64,000 nucleotides of DNA from Octopus sinensis. Lineage: Eukaryota. A program made the translations under genes and the position numbers. Positions 46,424-60,950 of this stretch are shown piece after piece (the stretch's first letter is position 1; each line of letters begins with the position of its first letter). The notes under the pieces are model-generated. The model saw nothing but the letters and a program-made list of their open reading frames with translations, made no database searches and had not been told where the DNA came from. The stretch is taken from positions 25,420,001 to 25,484,000 of the forward strand of contig NC_043003.1 of the NCBI RefSeq assembly GCF_006345805.1, in the 5' to 3' direction.

Positions 46424-49400
46424 CTCGGAGTGGTTGGTGTAAGGAAGGGCATCCAGCTGTAGAAATTCTGCCAGATCAGAGTGGAGTCTGGTGCAGCCAT
46501 CTGGTTCACCAGACCTCAGTCAAATTGTCCAACCCATGCTAGCATGGAAAGTGGACGTTAAACGATGATGATATATATATATATATATATATAGTGTATC
46601 CCGGTCGAACCGTCCAACCCGTGCTAGCATGGAAAATGGATGTTAAACGATGATGATGATGATATATATATATATACTGTATATACATACACACTTATAT
46701 ACACGTGTATTTGTTCCCCACCTCCACTTGACAACCATTGTTCATTTGTTTACTTAGCAGCAGCTTAGTAATTTGGCATAAGAGACCAATAGAATAAATG
46801 CCAGCCTTAAGAATAAGTACTGGGGTTGGTTCATTTGACTAAGAGCCTTCAAGGTGGTACCACAGCATAACTGTAGTCCAATGACTGAAACAAGTAAAAA
46901 AGTAAAGGGTTAATGTTGAAGAGTTTTTGAAACATAATCACAGAAGAGATAATACTGTGATGGTATAAGGAAACTATTCTCTTTACTGGAGCCTATATAA
47001 CTCTTTTAATATCAACCCTATCCTGAAACTTCCCTTGTAAGGCTTTGACTGAGATTCACCAAGCAGTGATTTAACATGATTGGATGCTTAAATTTCTAAT
47101 GACCATAGTGATTACATTTGTGTTATCGTTAAATTATAAATATGAGAAGTGAACATTATGTGTGTGTATATATGTGTGTGTGTGTGGGTGACTTTGCAGT
47201 TTCAGTTTGAATTCACAAATGAGAGATTTATCTAGAAACTGATTAGACATTGTGCTTCACTTATGACTATTCCATAAAGATTTTTGGTTAAAAAAGAAAT
47301 TTCAAGAAAACTCAACAAAACCATATCCTTCTTACCTTTCCAGAAAGCTGATTCTGAGAACATGCATTCCTCATATTGATTTGGTACCTATTACTAACAG
47401 TAGTTTAGTCTTTGAACTTACAAGTGAAATGTTCTCTATAGTACACCTGAGCATTGTATACAATAAGATCATTATCATTATTTCTCAAATTGATTTGGTC
47501 CTCATTACTGACAGTAATAGGAATCAAATTATTGGTAGGCTGTGGTTTGAGGCCGAAAATTCTCCATATTGATCTGGTATTTATTCCAAACAGCCATTAC
47601 TGGTAGACTCTTGCCTGAAAATCTACATTCCCTAGATTGATATGACAGCTTCCCTTTTAGCTAATTTAGTGTCTGGTCTGAAACAGAATATATTGATCTT
47701 GTACCTATTCATCAAATAATCTAGTATCTATTCCTGATAGCTAGGTGAACTGACAGGTAGAATCTATTTTGAAGCTGAACAACCCCACACTGATCTTGTG
47801 TCTACACCTGACAATAAGATAATATTCTTGTTTAGCTAGATCATCTTTGATTGAGTAGAACTGTGAGCAGAATTATGTTCCAGTTTCGTCTTTTTATATA
47901 TTCAGGACAACATTAACCTATGTGTCGTACTTTTTAGCTACTAACCCTACTTTTTAAGACAGAGAGCGAAATTTGGGCGCTGTTTCTACCAGATGAAGCC
48001 ACTGATTAGAGACTCATTTGTTCCTCTGTGGTAACGTAGATGTAATAAGCATTCTGCTTAGACTCTATGAAAAACAGCACGATTTGAAGTTCAGAACCAT
48101 GTGTGTGCATACAGTGGAAATAAACAGGTATATGAGTTGTCTGCTACATAACAAACGGCAGAAAGATGTCGAGTAGGGGTTAACAAATGAGAGCGGGAAG
48201 GAGGGAAGGAAGAATAGACGTTATCAAATAAATAGAAAACAACGGAAAGTTGCATTGAACTAAATGATAAAACGGTATATTGATCGCCTTGCCAGATATA
48301 GCCTTATATACATCCGTATGCATGCATGTATGTATGTATGTATGTACGTATCTATGTATGTATGTATGTATGTGTAAGTGTGTGTGTGTATGAAAGAGGG
48401 TCATCCAAGGTAAGCGTGAGCGATAAAGGAAACGAACGAAAATAGTTGATCAGTTAAAGAGAAAAACATGAATACTTGAGAAAATACGTACATTCATACA
48501 CACACACACACACACATTTCTACACAGTTTATATATATATATATATATATATGGGGCTTTATATATATATATATATATATATAGCACCAAATGTTTTCCT
48601 TTTTATTTCTCTTTGCTACCTGCATGATGTTTTTAGCGCAATGTTATGAGATATACCGTGTGTGCTTAGCGAGAGGGAGACAGGGTGAGAACTAAGACAT
48701 GCTGCGAATGATGACTGCGACACTTACATCACCACTAAGATAACATGAGTAACAACTGATCGGGGGTTTGGGGTGCAACCCCATAATACTTGTTTTGTTA
48801 CTTGTAGGTGCCTAGCAGGCTCTAATTAGATCGAAATAATTCGTAGTAGTTTTTAGAGGTTACAGTTTAATTGCTTCTCTCTCTCCGATAATATCTGAAA
48901 CAGCAACCTTCTATAATGATTTATTATTATTTTATTACATAGGCTAGCATTATAAATAGGATATGGCAAGTTCCAGCGCACCTCATACCTTCTATATTTT
49001 GTTTTTATCGATCCCATCGTTTTCTGACGGAAGAAAAAGGATATAATTTCTCGGTGAGGTTTGACCGAATCAGTTGTAAAAATAAAATAAGATAATTTCA
49101 AGTCTAAGATGGGGTAAATAAGGTAGTATTAAATTCATGTCCTTTCCTAAGGGCAATACAGTAGCAGGGGTAAGTAAAATGATTCTAACCAGAACTGGAA
49201 TGCACGCCGGAAGCTTTAACTTTACGCTATTGTAGAGTCGAGACAACCCTTTATGCTATGGTACAGACGATGATTTCAGCTCTAATAATAACAATATTTA
49301 AAAAATGGTGGTGATTATTTTAAACCCCCAGATCAGTCTTGATCGAGCAGACCAATGATCGAAAACATTGTAGCTATTACCATCCTTGTAGATATGACCC

Positions 49401-49653
49401 TATTATCTTTCTTTCGTTCTTTCTTTCTATATGTGTGTATATCGTTTATTGTCAAATGTGTCAAGTCATTATTTAAGACGGTGGGGTGTGATTTGAGGGA
49501 TATTTGGCTGCTGTTTCTAGCAAATCGAGGAACCGTATTATGATGAGATTAGTAAGAAAAAAAAAAGCACTAATCAATGATAGACACTAACAACTGCCGT
49601 GGTTATAAGAACAAAAAAAAAAGGTTTACTTTTTTTCTTGATACGAAACATAC

Positions 49654-49843
49654 CTTTGTAACCATCTTCCTCCATCACGTCTCTCCTGCCGATCAGCTTG
49701 GTAAGAAGGACATTTCCAGTGACGACCAGCACTGTCCGAATAAAATAGTGGACATCGAAGAGGACATAGGCTGCCAGCACGATGTAGCAACTGTAGTTCT
49801 TGAAAATGCCGCCGATTTTGGCAAAAGACATTTCGTAAATCAT
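49654..49843 (-). CDS. THEM6: THEM6-like thioesterase, coding exon 1 of 3
   Basis: MIYEMSF...AYVLFDVHYFIRTVL...EEDGYK, a hydrophobic N-terminus with the D-V-x-Y-x-x-R motif of THEM6. GTATGT donor at 49653, phase 1. Confidence 0.85.
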
Positions 49844-50995
49844 GGTCAGACGGCGATGCGAACCAGGGGCACAGGACAGTTGGGTGGCATGGAGGGAGAA
49901 ATAGAGCTGTAAATTAGAAAGGTATTAGTTATTCGTTAGCTACGGAGTGTCCGGCTGAGCTGTTCGTTCATGGCTTCTAGAGGTTGATTTACAATGAGCC
50001 GGTATTGTGAGGTGAAGGAAGAGCAGGAACGTCCGCCTGAGATAGTGTAATGATGAATGATGAATGAGAAAGAGCCATCCAGTACAATAGAGAGAGAAAT
50101 ACGAGAGAAGCAGATTGGTGGTGCGAGGTAACAGGCCAGCAAATGAAAGAGGCAAGAATGAGCAAATGAAGGAGAGAGACAGAGAGGAGAGAGAGAGAGA
50201 GAAAACAAGAAATGGGGAAAGAGAGAGAAATAGACAGAGTGAAAGAGCTAGAGAGAGAAGATAGAAGGAGATTGGTGGAGATGAGAGGTAACAGGCCGGT
50301 AAATAAAAAAGGGGGATTGGCACGAATAAAGGGAGGGAGAAGGAGAGAGAAGAAAGTGCGAAGTTGGGGAGTGCGAGTGAAAGGAAGAGAAACAGACAGA
50401 GTAAAAGAGAGGTCAGAGAAATGCACGGATAAGGTGAAGAGAAGGCAGAGAGAAAATAGAAATATAGAAAGAGACGAGGGAGAGAGAGTAATACTGAGAG
50501 GTAATATACCGGCAAGTGAAGCGGTATGGAAAGGTGGGGCGGGGGAACCGCTGCGGTAAGAAAGATAATATGATAAAGGAGAGGAGTGGGAGGAGACGGT
50601 ATAAAGAGAAAGTAACTTTCCGTTTATTCCGACTGATGTACTATTGTAGAGTTTTTTAATAGGAAAGTGAAAGAGGAAATATTGCTTTCAAGTTTTGGCA
50701 CAAAGCCAGCAATTTTAGGAGAGGGCGTAGGTCAATGTAATCGACCTCAGTTCTTGACTGGTACTATATTTGATCGACTTCCATAGGATGAAGGGCAAGG
50801 TTGACCACAGGCGAATCTGGACTGAGAATGTAAAGAGCTAGAAGAAATGCTGCTAAGCATTTTCTCCAATGCGCTAACCATTCTGCCGGTTCGCCCCCGC
50901 TTGAAATCAGAAATATTGTACTGTCAGTAGTTGTCATTCAATTCCAGGTCAGCCTCAACCGAACAGATCTACGATTCAGAATCAGACCATCAGTA

Positions 50996-51047
<52 letters not shown>

Positions 51048-51078
51048 AGCACAACTTAGCCCAATATATATTTTTCTT

Positions 51079-51453
51079 AGGAGTGGCTGTGTGGCAAGTA
51101 GCTTGTTTACCAACCACATGGTTCCGGGTTCAGTCCCACTGCGTGGCACCATGGGCAAGTGTCTTCTACTATAGCTTCAGGTCGACCAAAGCTTTGTGAG
51201 TGGATTTGGTAGACGGAAACTGAAAGAAGCCTGTCGTATATATGTGTGCGTGTCTGTGTTTATCCCCCAACATCGCTTGGCAACCGATGCTGGTGTGATT
51301 ACGTCACCATAACTTAGCGGTTCGGTAAAAAGAGACCGATAGAATAAGTACTAGGTTTACAAAGAATAAGTCCTGGGGTCGATTTGCTCGACTAAAGGCA
51401 GTGCTCGAGCATGGCCACAGTCACATGACTGAAACAAGTAAAAGAGTAAAAGA
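51079..51453 (+). mobile_element. SINE family 1, near full length
   Basis: Best-preserved copy, ending in GTAAAAGA tail repeats. Further decayed copies at ~14240-14555(-), 20350-20780(-), 28070-28415(-), 46700-46905(+), 53341-53510(-), 57855-58208(-) and 63350-63480(+). Confidence 0.88.
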
Positions 51454-54400
51454 ATGGTTTAGTAAATTGCTAATATGTATACAAAAATTAATATAAACAG
51501 CCATGTGCAATGTGTTACTGTAAAGGAAAACTATAATTGCAACTAAATGCGATGAAGGGTGTTAGGACACCTACATTGCTAGAAATAGGAGCTAAAATGT
51601 TCTAATGCTGTAGTTAAAGCACATAATTATAAACATATATGCTGACAGGGGCTGTAATTGTCCAAAACACCAGTTGAGAGTTTCTTATACTGAGTGATCA
51701 GTTGAGCTATTTTTGTAGTGTCGTCAGTAAGGACCACTTGCTCGGCTGATTCCAGGCTTAATTGCCAATCAGCATATATGTAATCACCATAAAAATTCAT
51801 GGATGCATTTCTAGCAATGTAGATGTTCTAACATCCTTAGCTGCATTTAGTGACAATTAGAGTTTTTCTTTATGGCAACACATTGCGCATGGCTTTTTCG
51901 GCAAACCTATAATGAAAATTTGTCTCCTTTTTCTTTTTCAATATACTATATCTATGCATAATTCAATGTGTTATAGTGCAGTGTTGCTATTTAACACCAG
52001 GTCAGTGTAGACTGAGCAGCTCTATGATCAGCTGAGCTATCTTTTGTTTTCTGGCATAGTGTATTGAGGATTGCCTCACCAAATGTGTCCTTCCTATTTT
52101 TCAAGACTGGAGTTGATATAAAGGAGATTCAGCTGCTATTTGCAGTAGGTCAATTTTTTGCTTTCAAGCATAGTATATCTAGGACTTACCAAATGTGTCT
52201 TCCCTCTTTTTCAAGACTGTGGATGAGATTCAGCTACTATTTCTAACAGTTTGAGTGACTATGTAGAACTTTCCTTGTTGACCTGTGTGCTGTAATCTGG
52301 TGTTGCTAATTGAGCAGACTTATGATCAAAGGAATTCCAGCCATGACCATTTCCTCTATATTTTAGAAAGTGAATCTAGCTTTGTTGTTCAATGTGTCAT
52401 AGGACTTTTTAAGCCAGTAGACTATGATTTTGATAAGAGGGAGATTTGAATGCTATGTCCAGCAGATTGGATGAATGTGCTTTTGTAGACAGTACTTTCT
52501 TATGGTTGTTGTTTAACAACAGGTCACCTTAGTGAACAGTCCTACAAACCAAAGCCTTTTGCCTGTTAATCACATCTTTTGTTTCAAGTAAAAGCACATC
52601 CTGGATGTATGTCTTTCATTTGTAAGACTGCTGTTTCAAGCTGCTTGAGCAACCCTGTAGGCTGTTTATATACCTTGTGGAAACACTCAAATATTTTCAT
52701 ACAAACAATTTGATTTGTTCTTTACGTGATATTCGTTCAATTCTGTTTAACACCTCGTACACTCATATAGGTAGGAAATTTGCCAAATGCAGACAATGAC
52801 TTTTTTCTTATCTTTTTTTGTAAGTATGTGTGCGGGTAAGATGCCAATATAAAAAAAGAAAAAAACCATTCTCATCTGATTTGGTGCTGGCATCACAATA
52901 CTGACACCACCTCTCCACTAACTTCAAAGGAATTGATCTCAGCATTTACAAGTCAGCAAAACATTGGTAAGTTATTTAATGCCAACGTAAACAGCACTTC
53001 TCCATTAGCTAATAGCAGCATAGCCATCTTATTACTAACATTAGACCTTGGATAAAGCAATGTACTAGGGCTTATAGCATATATTTATTAACAGTAAATC
53101 ACAGCATACATATATTAACACTGGGTCCCTGGACAGCCTCTATGCAATTGTTTGATTTGCTAAATCAAAGCAAATCTCACTCTATTCACATCCTAAAGGA
53201 AAAGAAGAAACTTACTAGTTATGGATGAAAAAAAAAAGACAAAATCAAATGATCCTTGTTGAAATGTATTTGATCATAAGCCAACTTGGTTAGAGCTGAT
53301 TTGGGGCTTACTAACCAATACTCCATTTTTTTAGTAAGTTACTCTTTTACTTGTTTCAGTCATATGACTGTAGCCATGCTGGACCACCGCATTTAGTCAA
53401 GCAAATCGACCCCAAGACTTATTCTTTGTAAGCCTAGTACTTATTCTATCAGTTTCTTTTGCCGAACTGCTAAGTTACGGGGAAGTAAACACACCAGCAT
53501 TGGTCGTCATTTCATTTCATGTTGCTCCAGCCCATTCAGCTGTAAATGGATGTAACCCTGTGAGGGAATAGTCTTCCAATCAAGGGGAACAATGGCCTGG
53601 TGGCCTAGTTCAGAAGCTAAAGCAATGCAAAGTGCATTGTGACCATCTGATAATCTGGTTGATACCATGATTTTATATATATGTATATATATATATTGTA
53701 ATCCTCATCATCACTTAACGTCCACCTTCTCTGCTGGGATGAGCTGGAAAATTTGATAGAATTTGATAGGTCTGAGGACTGCTATGTACACCAATGTTTA
53801 CTTTGGCATGGTTTTTACAAGTGGATACCCTTCTTAATGCCAACAATTTCACAGAATATACTGGATGCTTTTATTGTGGAACCAGAACTAGTGAAATTGC
53901 CTTGCAGCTTGCAAGACTAATATCGCTTTCCTCTCAGTGGAGTGATAATAGAAAGTGAGGTGGCTTTATCCTATGAGATGAGGAGCTGAAATATGAATGA
54001 AGGGGCCTTTGCAGAACAGTTTACTTACTGTAGAGAAGCTATATGGCTACTCACATTATGAATGAGTGGGTAGGAGTAACTGGGGTGGAGCTGGAGAGAT
54101 GAAAATAAGAATGATAAAGTGTCAAGGTGGACCCTCAGAATATGAGCTGAGGAGAAGTGAGTGGGAACAGAAGAACAGAGAATGTGGGTAAGTAGAGGTT
54201 GCTAGAGTGTATGGGAAGAGTGAGAGATGGGGAATAAGTGAGTGGGTGAAAATAATGAATAAAGAAACAATGGTTGTAAGATGAAAATTATACATTGGAT
54301 GACAGGCAGAGAAGAGCAGTTGATGACTAGAGAATGGTAGGGCTGAGGAGTGAATGTAATGAATGGGGGACAAGTGTGAAGGAGTGATTGATGATATGTA

Positions 54401-57386
54401 TGAGATGAAGGGCAGTAAGGGAGAAATGGTGATAACTGACAGTGCAGAAAGAGTTGAAGAGTAACAGAATAGAAATAATAATACAGTAAACAGAGGAAGG
54501 ATGAGAGAAAGGGAGATGATGTGTGTGAGAGGAGGTTGCAAAAATGTGAGGGAGAAGTAAGCACAGAACATAGAAGTAGTAAGAGATGAATGATAGTGGA
54601 GCAGAATTGATAAGTTTGTGGCACAGTAGGGAGATCAATGCAAAATGTGAGTGGAGAGGGACAATATTAAGAATGAAGGATGTATATTGAGTGAAATACA
54701 ACAGGTTGAGGAAATCTCATAAAATCCACAATTAATGCAACAAAATACTGCAGTTAGGTAGGTAATAGAGCAGGTCAGTAAGGTAAAGACCCCTTCAGTC
54801 ATGAATGACAATGGAACTGCACCTAGAAAGTTACCCTCTAAGGCACAAGTCTGGGCAAGGTTGTTTATGAAAGACCAGCAGTCACCCATGCATACCAACC
54901 TCCCCTCTCCATGCCACTGTTATTATCCAAGGGAAAGGCAAGCACTAATACAGCTTGGCACCAGTGACATTGCAACTCATTTCTACAGCTGAGTGAACTG
55001 GAGCAACATGAAATAAAGTGTCTTGCTCAAGAACACAACCCAGTCCAGGAATCAAACTCACTACCTCACGCTCAAACCGTTGAGCCATGCACCCAGTGAT
55101 ATATGTATATATGATGGGCTTTGTACAGTTTCTGTCTACCCACAAGGCCTTAGTTGGGCTAGAGTTATAGTAGAAGGCTCTAGCCCAAAGTATACAGTGG
55201 GACTGAACCCAAAACATTGTGATGTCAAAGCAAACTCCTTAACCACACATCCATGACACTGCCTACCATCCATATTGCAATCTTTCGAAAATGATTACCT
55301 ACAGTCCTGTATGGTACACATTCCAGATCTTTATTTTTTATCACTAACATGATGGTCAAGAACAAAATTGATCCAGTGGAGGAACAACACCAGTTTAGAA
55401 AATACAAGTGATAAGACAAGCTATTTGGGAGCATTAAGTTTCAGGTTCAAACCCTACCATAATAAACGTCACCATTCTACATGGATAGATTTTGAGCATA
55501 TTGCAAATAAGCTACCGAATAACCACATCAGGACATCTATTTTCTTAATTGCTTTGCCAAGGAAAGATCTGGAGTATCCTTGACTATTCCCAAGCCTTTT
55601 GCGACTAGTAGGAAAGGGAAAAGACAGGAAGTTATACTTTGACTAGAAATATGGCCTAAATGCTTGAAACAGTGAGGCAACAAAGGGACAGATTGTGGTA
55701 TTAAACCAGACAACAATGGTTTATGTCTACCACAAATAATAGCTGGTGAACTGCCAATGATTCAGCTAAAGGGCCTACAATCAAACTATTATTACTACTA
55801 CTACACAATACGTAGTAGTCTAGACAAGTGGATGCAGAAAAACTTTAAAAAAATGAATAGATTTTGTAAGTTAACAAAATTACATAAGGGAAATAATTTG
55901 TATAAAATTAAGGGACGTAACTCTTTACTTTGCACGCTACATAGCGCGAAAGAACCTACTTAAACTATTTTCTATTGTTTAAAGAAAAAAAAATAATTAA
56001 AAAATGAAATGACTCCAAACAGCATTTAACCCAGGGTACAGAAAGGCCACAAAAGTTTTGGAGCGATTATGTTTGGAACGCTAATCGACGGAGAAAAAGT
56101 AACTATGACCAAACTCGGAACAAAAGTTGACTCACAACAGTCCGTGCTACAACTATCTCGTCCTGCAACATTAACTTGTATACATGAATGACAGGTGTAT
56201 AAGGAATTACATATAATATCCACAGCACATATATAAGACACAATAATGCACGCAATATGCCACAGAAACGTACTTAATGCACTTACAGTTACCATATTAG
56301 ACCAACACAAAGAAACAAGAGCAATGATGTACAAACAAATGCATTAGATCCACCATGGATGATATCATTCTTATATGTACATACACCCACATATAAGTAG
56401 TTGAGCATTATTAGTGTTAGTGGCTCAGAACTCTATTTAATCAACAGGCCCTACAGAAGTAGAATGCATTGAGGAATTAGACTCAATGTGTAATATGATC
56501 CTCAGATGGATGCTTAGCATTTTGGAGTAATGGATCACTCCTAACAAACAGACTCAAAATAGCACTTGTAAAATCCACTGGAGATGGTAAGTGAGGTTTA
56601 TATCTACATTTGAGTCTCTCCTGATTATTACATTCATATTAAGCTTTCATATACCACCACCCCTCTCCTATCAAAGTACCACTCTATTATCACTGTATCT
56701 CTCTTCCATCATGCCACCATTGTAATAAGAGATGATAATGTATGACATTTGTTTTTAACATCACACACATCTCTTTCCTCCACTACTGTCTGACCTATTA
56801 TTGCTCATTATCAATATCCACTATGTCCATTTTCTTACCATCACTATTTACCATTCTCTCCACATTATCACTATATTACTAATTCTTAATATTCACTGCC
56901 CTCTCACTTCCACCAAACTGTATCTCACTTTGGTCTCTGTCACTTCAGAACATGCAGTTTCTTTTTCTCTAACCATCACATAGCTATCTATAAACCTCTC
57001 TTTCTCTCTCCCTTTACTCTCTGCTCCAGCATTGTGGTTCTTCTCCTTTATGCTTCTATCATTCATTCAGTTGTTTCTTCTATCCAATGGTCTTACCAAC
57101 AACCATCATATAGTTGTCTAACACCTTGTTGCTTCTATCAGTTTTTTGTTTTTTACTCTTATCACCCTTAAACTCTGGCTTTCTCACTCAATTGTAGGGG
57201 AAAGAAAAAATGCATGAAGACAATGTAGGGGAAGAAGGGACTTCCTTTGGTTTTATCGGGGATGAACAATGTGTGTGTGTGTGTCTGTGCCTACATATAT
57301 ACTCACAAGCACACTAATTAACCACCATTTACAAAACCCAATATCTTTAATCAAATACACTAGCATTAAGATACCTTATGCTAGAA

Positions 57387-57640
57387 CAGTGATTCCCAAA
57401 CTTTTTGGGCTGCCACCCTCTTGACACTCAGGCCGCATTCCCAGTTCTCCCACCCCAAACATAGACCTCTTTCTGAAGCAAATTCAGAGCAACTGTATTT
57501 CACAAATAAAATTTAACCTAACAAACCAATTTTGTTTTTTTTACACGAGTCACCTTCTCATTATCACCCCACTTTTTTCAATGCCCCCTTGGAACATCCC
57601 ACCACCACAGGGAGGCAATACTGCCCACTGTAGGAACTGC
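57387..57640. mobile_element. Decayed hAT-like MITE
   Basis: CAGTGATTCCCAAAC start with CTAGAA on both flanks. Similar decayed hAT-like MITEs at ~12375-12520, 31371-31688 and 43115-43395. Confidence 0.5.
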
Positions 57641-58737
57641 ACTAGAATATAATACTAGTATGCCCACGGTCTTAAAGACACTGCTTTTAACAGTGACATA
57701 AGCTCATATGTATATGACAGTTATCTTGCATCTTAATGCAATAAAGTGTTCCCTGATGATATATTGTTGTGGCTGAGTACTTGTAATAATCAATGCAGAG
57801 TGCTATTTGCTCTGTAGTTTATAATACAACTCAATATGGAAGTCACAAATATCTTTTACTTGCTTTAGTCATTAGACTGAGTCCATGCTGGGGCACCACT
57901 TCAAAGAATTTTAGCCGAAGAATCAAGCCCAGTACTTATTCTATTTTTTAAAGCCAATTACTTATTTTATCAGTCACTTTAGCTGAACCACTAAGTTATA
58001 GGAACGTAAACACACCAACATCAGTTGTCAAGTGGTGGTGGGGAACAAACACACACAACAGGTTTCTTTCAGTTTCTGATTTGCCAAATACACCCACAAA
58101 GTTCATTGGCCCAAGGCTGTAACAGAAGACACTTGCCCAAGGGATTGAACCCAGAACCATGTAGTTTGGAAGCAAACTTCTTACTACACAGCCACACCTG
58201 CACCTATACACACAAAGAGACTTCTGTAGTTTGTCAACCAAATTCTACTCACCAGTATGATCCAAAGCTATAAGAGACACTTGTTCAAGATTGCACACAG
58301 TTGGACTGAACCTGGAACCACATGATTGAAAAGTGGTCTTCTTAACTACACAGCATGATCTAAAGGAACCAATGCCACTCAACGTTGATATTAAAAATAA
58401 AAACAAATGAAAACAAAAATGCTATTTTAGTTAAGGAGAACTTAAAAAGGTTTAATAAAAGAGGGAAAAAAAGTTATTTTTATATATATTTACATGTGTA
58501 TACATAGAATATATAGTTTTATATACACACTCACTGTGTGCTTGTATATACACACACACACATATATATATGCACACGCACACACACATTTACAATTTTG
58601 AACAAAGAGAAATATGCAAATACAAAGTATGTTCATATGATAATAAAATTCTTAAACAGGTTTTGCTTTGTTTAAAAAATATAAACTTGTATTTGTCATT
58701 CAACTCTAAGTTAACCAACAATATATATATATATATA

Positions 58738-58796
<59 letters not shown>

Positions 58797-59689
58797 GCTT
58801 GTCTTTTTTTTTCTTACAAAAATTATTTTTGGAAATTTTTCTTTTATGACTATGTACAAAATTTGAACCAATATCCACACATTATTGCTCAGATTAAAAT
58901 ATAGGATATATATGTATGTATCTTATTAAGGAGACAATAAAAAAAAAAGATATATATATATATATATAAATGAAAAAAAAAATAATAGCTTCTAAGTCGA
59001 GGTGTGGAATTAAAAATTTTCAAGTTTACTATAAAAATATGTGTCCATGTCTATACATATATACATCCACATATATGTAACACAAACACACACTCATAAA
59101 TATTTCTTATTCATTCATATATCAAAAGGAGATATTCATGGTCAATGTTTTTTCAACCAGTATATTGAAGTTATATGACTAAGGGTAGAGGGATATTACA
59201 TCAAAGTCTGTTTTATTTTGCCCATCACAGCATGTGATATACTTAGCACAGATTATATATATGTATATATATATATGCACACACACACATATTCATACAC
59301 ACAAGAACAATTCACTTTTCTTTTTGCTTTCACAAACTTGTTATTCACTGTTAACACCATTCAGGTTTTGTAGTAATACAGGGCTACCACTGCCTTTTTG
59401 CATAGAGTCTGTACCTGACTCACCCATTTTGCTTTATCAAACATTTATAAGAAAAAATTTGCCAGTGATTTTGAAGCTTTGGCTTCATCACCTTTCTCAG
59501 ATAGAAAGCAATGAAGCTCTAACTTCAAACTCACTTTCAACATTTTTCTCATTACATATATATATACATGTATTGTCTTGCAGGATTTGCACTGAAAGTT
59601 TTTATTACATATATTTATATATTTTGAAGAATGATTTCAAAATATTTATATATTTTTAAATTCAAAAAAAAAAAATGTTCATTCAGCTC

Positions 59690-60950
59690 TGGTGGGATTT
59701 GAACTGCAGTATGTAAAAGGATATAACTGGTCACAAGCAATTTTGTTGAACATGCTACTGATCTCACTAGCTTATAGGGATTTCTATCATTGAAGAATGT
59801 GTTTAACCAGATGGACCCTAGAAGGATGAAAGACAAAGACAACCTATAATAATGGTTTCAAATTTGGCACAAGGCCAGCAAATTCAGGGGACGGGGCTAG
59901 TTGAATACATCAACCGCATTGCACAATTGGTACTTATATTATCTACCCTGAAAGAATGCAAGGTAAAGTCAGCCTCAGCAGAGTTAGAACAAAGAACGTA
60001 AAGATAGATGAAATGCAGCTAAACAGTTTGCCAGGCGTATTAACACCTCTGCTAGCTTACTGCCTTATGACAAACCACGATAAATAATAATATTGTTTCA
60101 AATTTTGGTGAGGCTAGTCAATTTTTAGGGACAGGGTTAGTCAATTACATCGACCCTGGTACTGTATTTAATCAACCTAAAAAGAATGAAAATTTTTTTA
60201 CCTTGGTGGGATCTGAGCTCAGGATGTAAACAGCCAGAAGAAATGCTAAGCATTTTGTTCAATGCACTAACAATTCTGCTGGTTCACCAGTTTTGTAAAT
60301 AATGATAATAATTTATAATAGAAGCTCAAAGCCAACATTTTGAGAGGATTCTACAGCCAATTTAATTGATTTCAGTAGTCTTGGAAGGAGAAAATGCCCA
60401 GTCAATCTCAATAGCAGTTTTGAAATTAGAAGAGAAAGGGTTATAATGCCACAAAAAAAAATTTCTCAAAGCACTTCAGTTTGACAATGTACTAATTCTG
60501 CCAACCTATTACCTTAGAATATTAAGAGGGATTTCACAAGGTCAAATATCATTATAAGTCAATGAAACCAGTTCTTATTCAACAACTCAAGAAAGATGAA
60601 AAGTTGAGTTATGGCTGGATTTGAATTAAGAATGCAAATGATGAAACAAAGTACTACTTAGCATTCTATTTGCTACTTTTCTGATTCTACCATCCTTGAA
60701 GTGATTGTTTGTAATTTAGGTACATGGCCAACAAATATAAGCGGATGGGACAAGTCAATGTCATCAATCTCAGTACTTTACTTTTCCAACCCGGAAGGGA
60801 TCTGAACTCATAAGGGACCAGAACAAACACATGGAATTTGTCTTACAGTTTGTGGTTTGTTAAAGTGTAAGGACATGCCTGTTATTTATTTCACATACCT
60901 CAGAGGGAAGAAAGGCAAAAAGCAATCCCAGCAAGATTTGAACTTGGAAC
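59690..60950 (-). repeat. Cluster of about 6-7 co-oriented, variably decayed family-2 SINE copies
   Basis: Recurrent GGCACAAGGCCAGCAA...GAATGAAAGGCAAAG...TTTGAACT...AATTCTGC segments roughly every 200-240 bp. Confidence 0.65.

Noticed and set aside
47336-47450. Small exon-like blocks with GTAAG donors in THEM6 intron 1
   Set aside because: The three-exon model already gives a full-length THEM6, and these blocks overlap a degenerate repeat.
49936-50559. Long Leu/Ser-rich and Arg/Glu-rich ORFs (also 54122-54701)
   Set aside because: They arise from purine/pyrimidine-skewed low-complexity DNA that is poor in stop codons.
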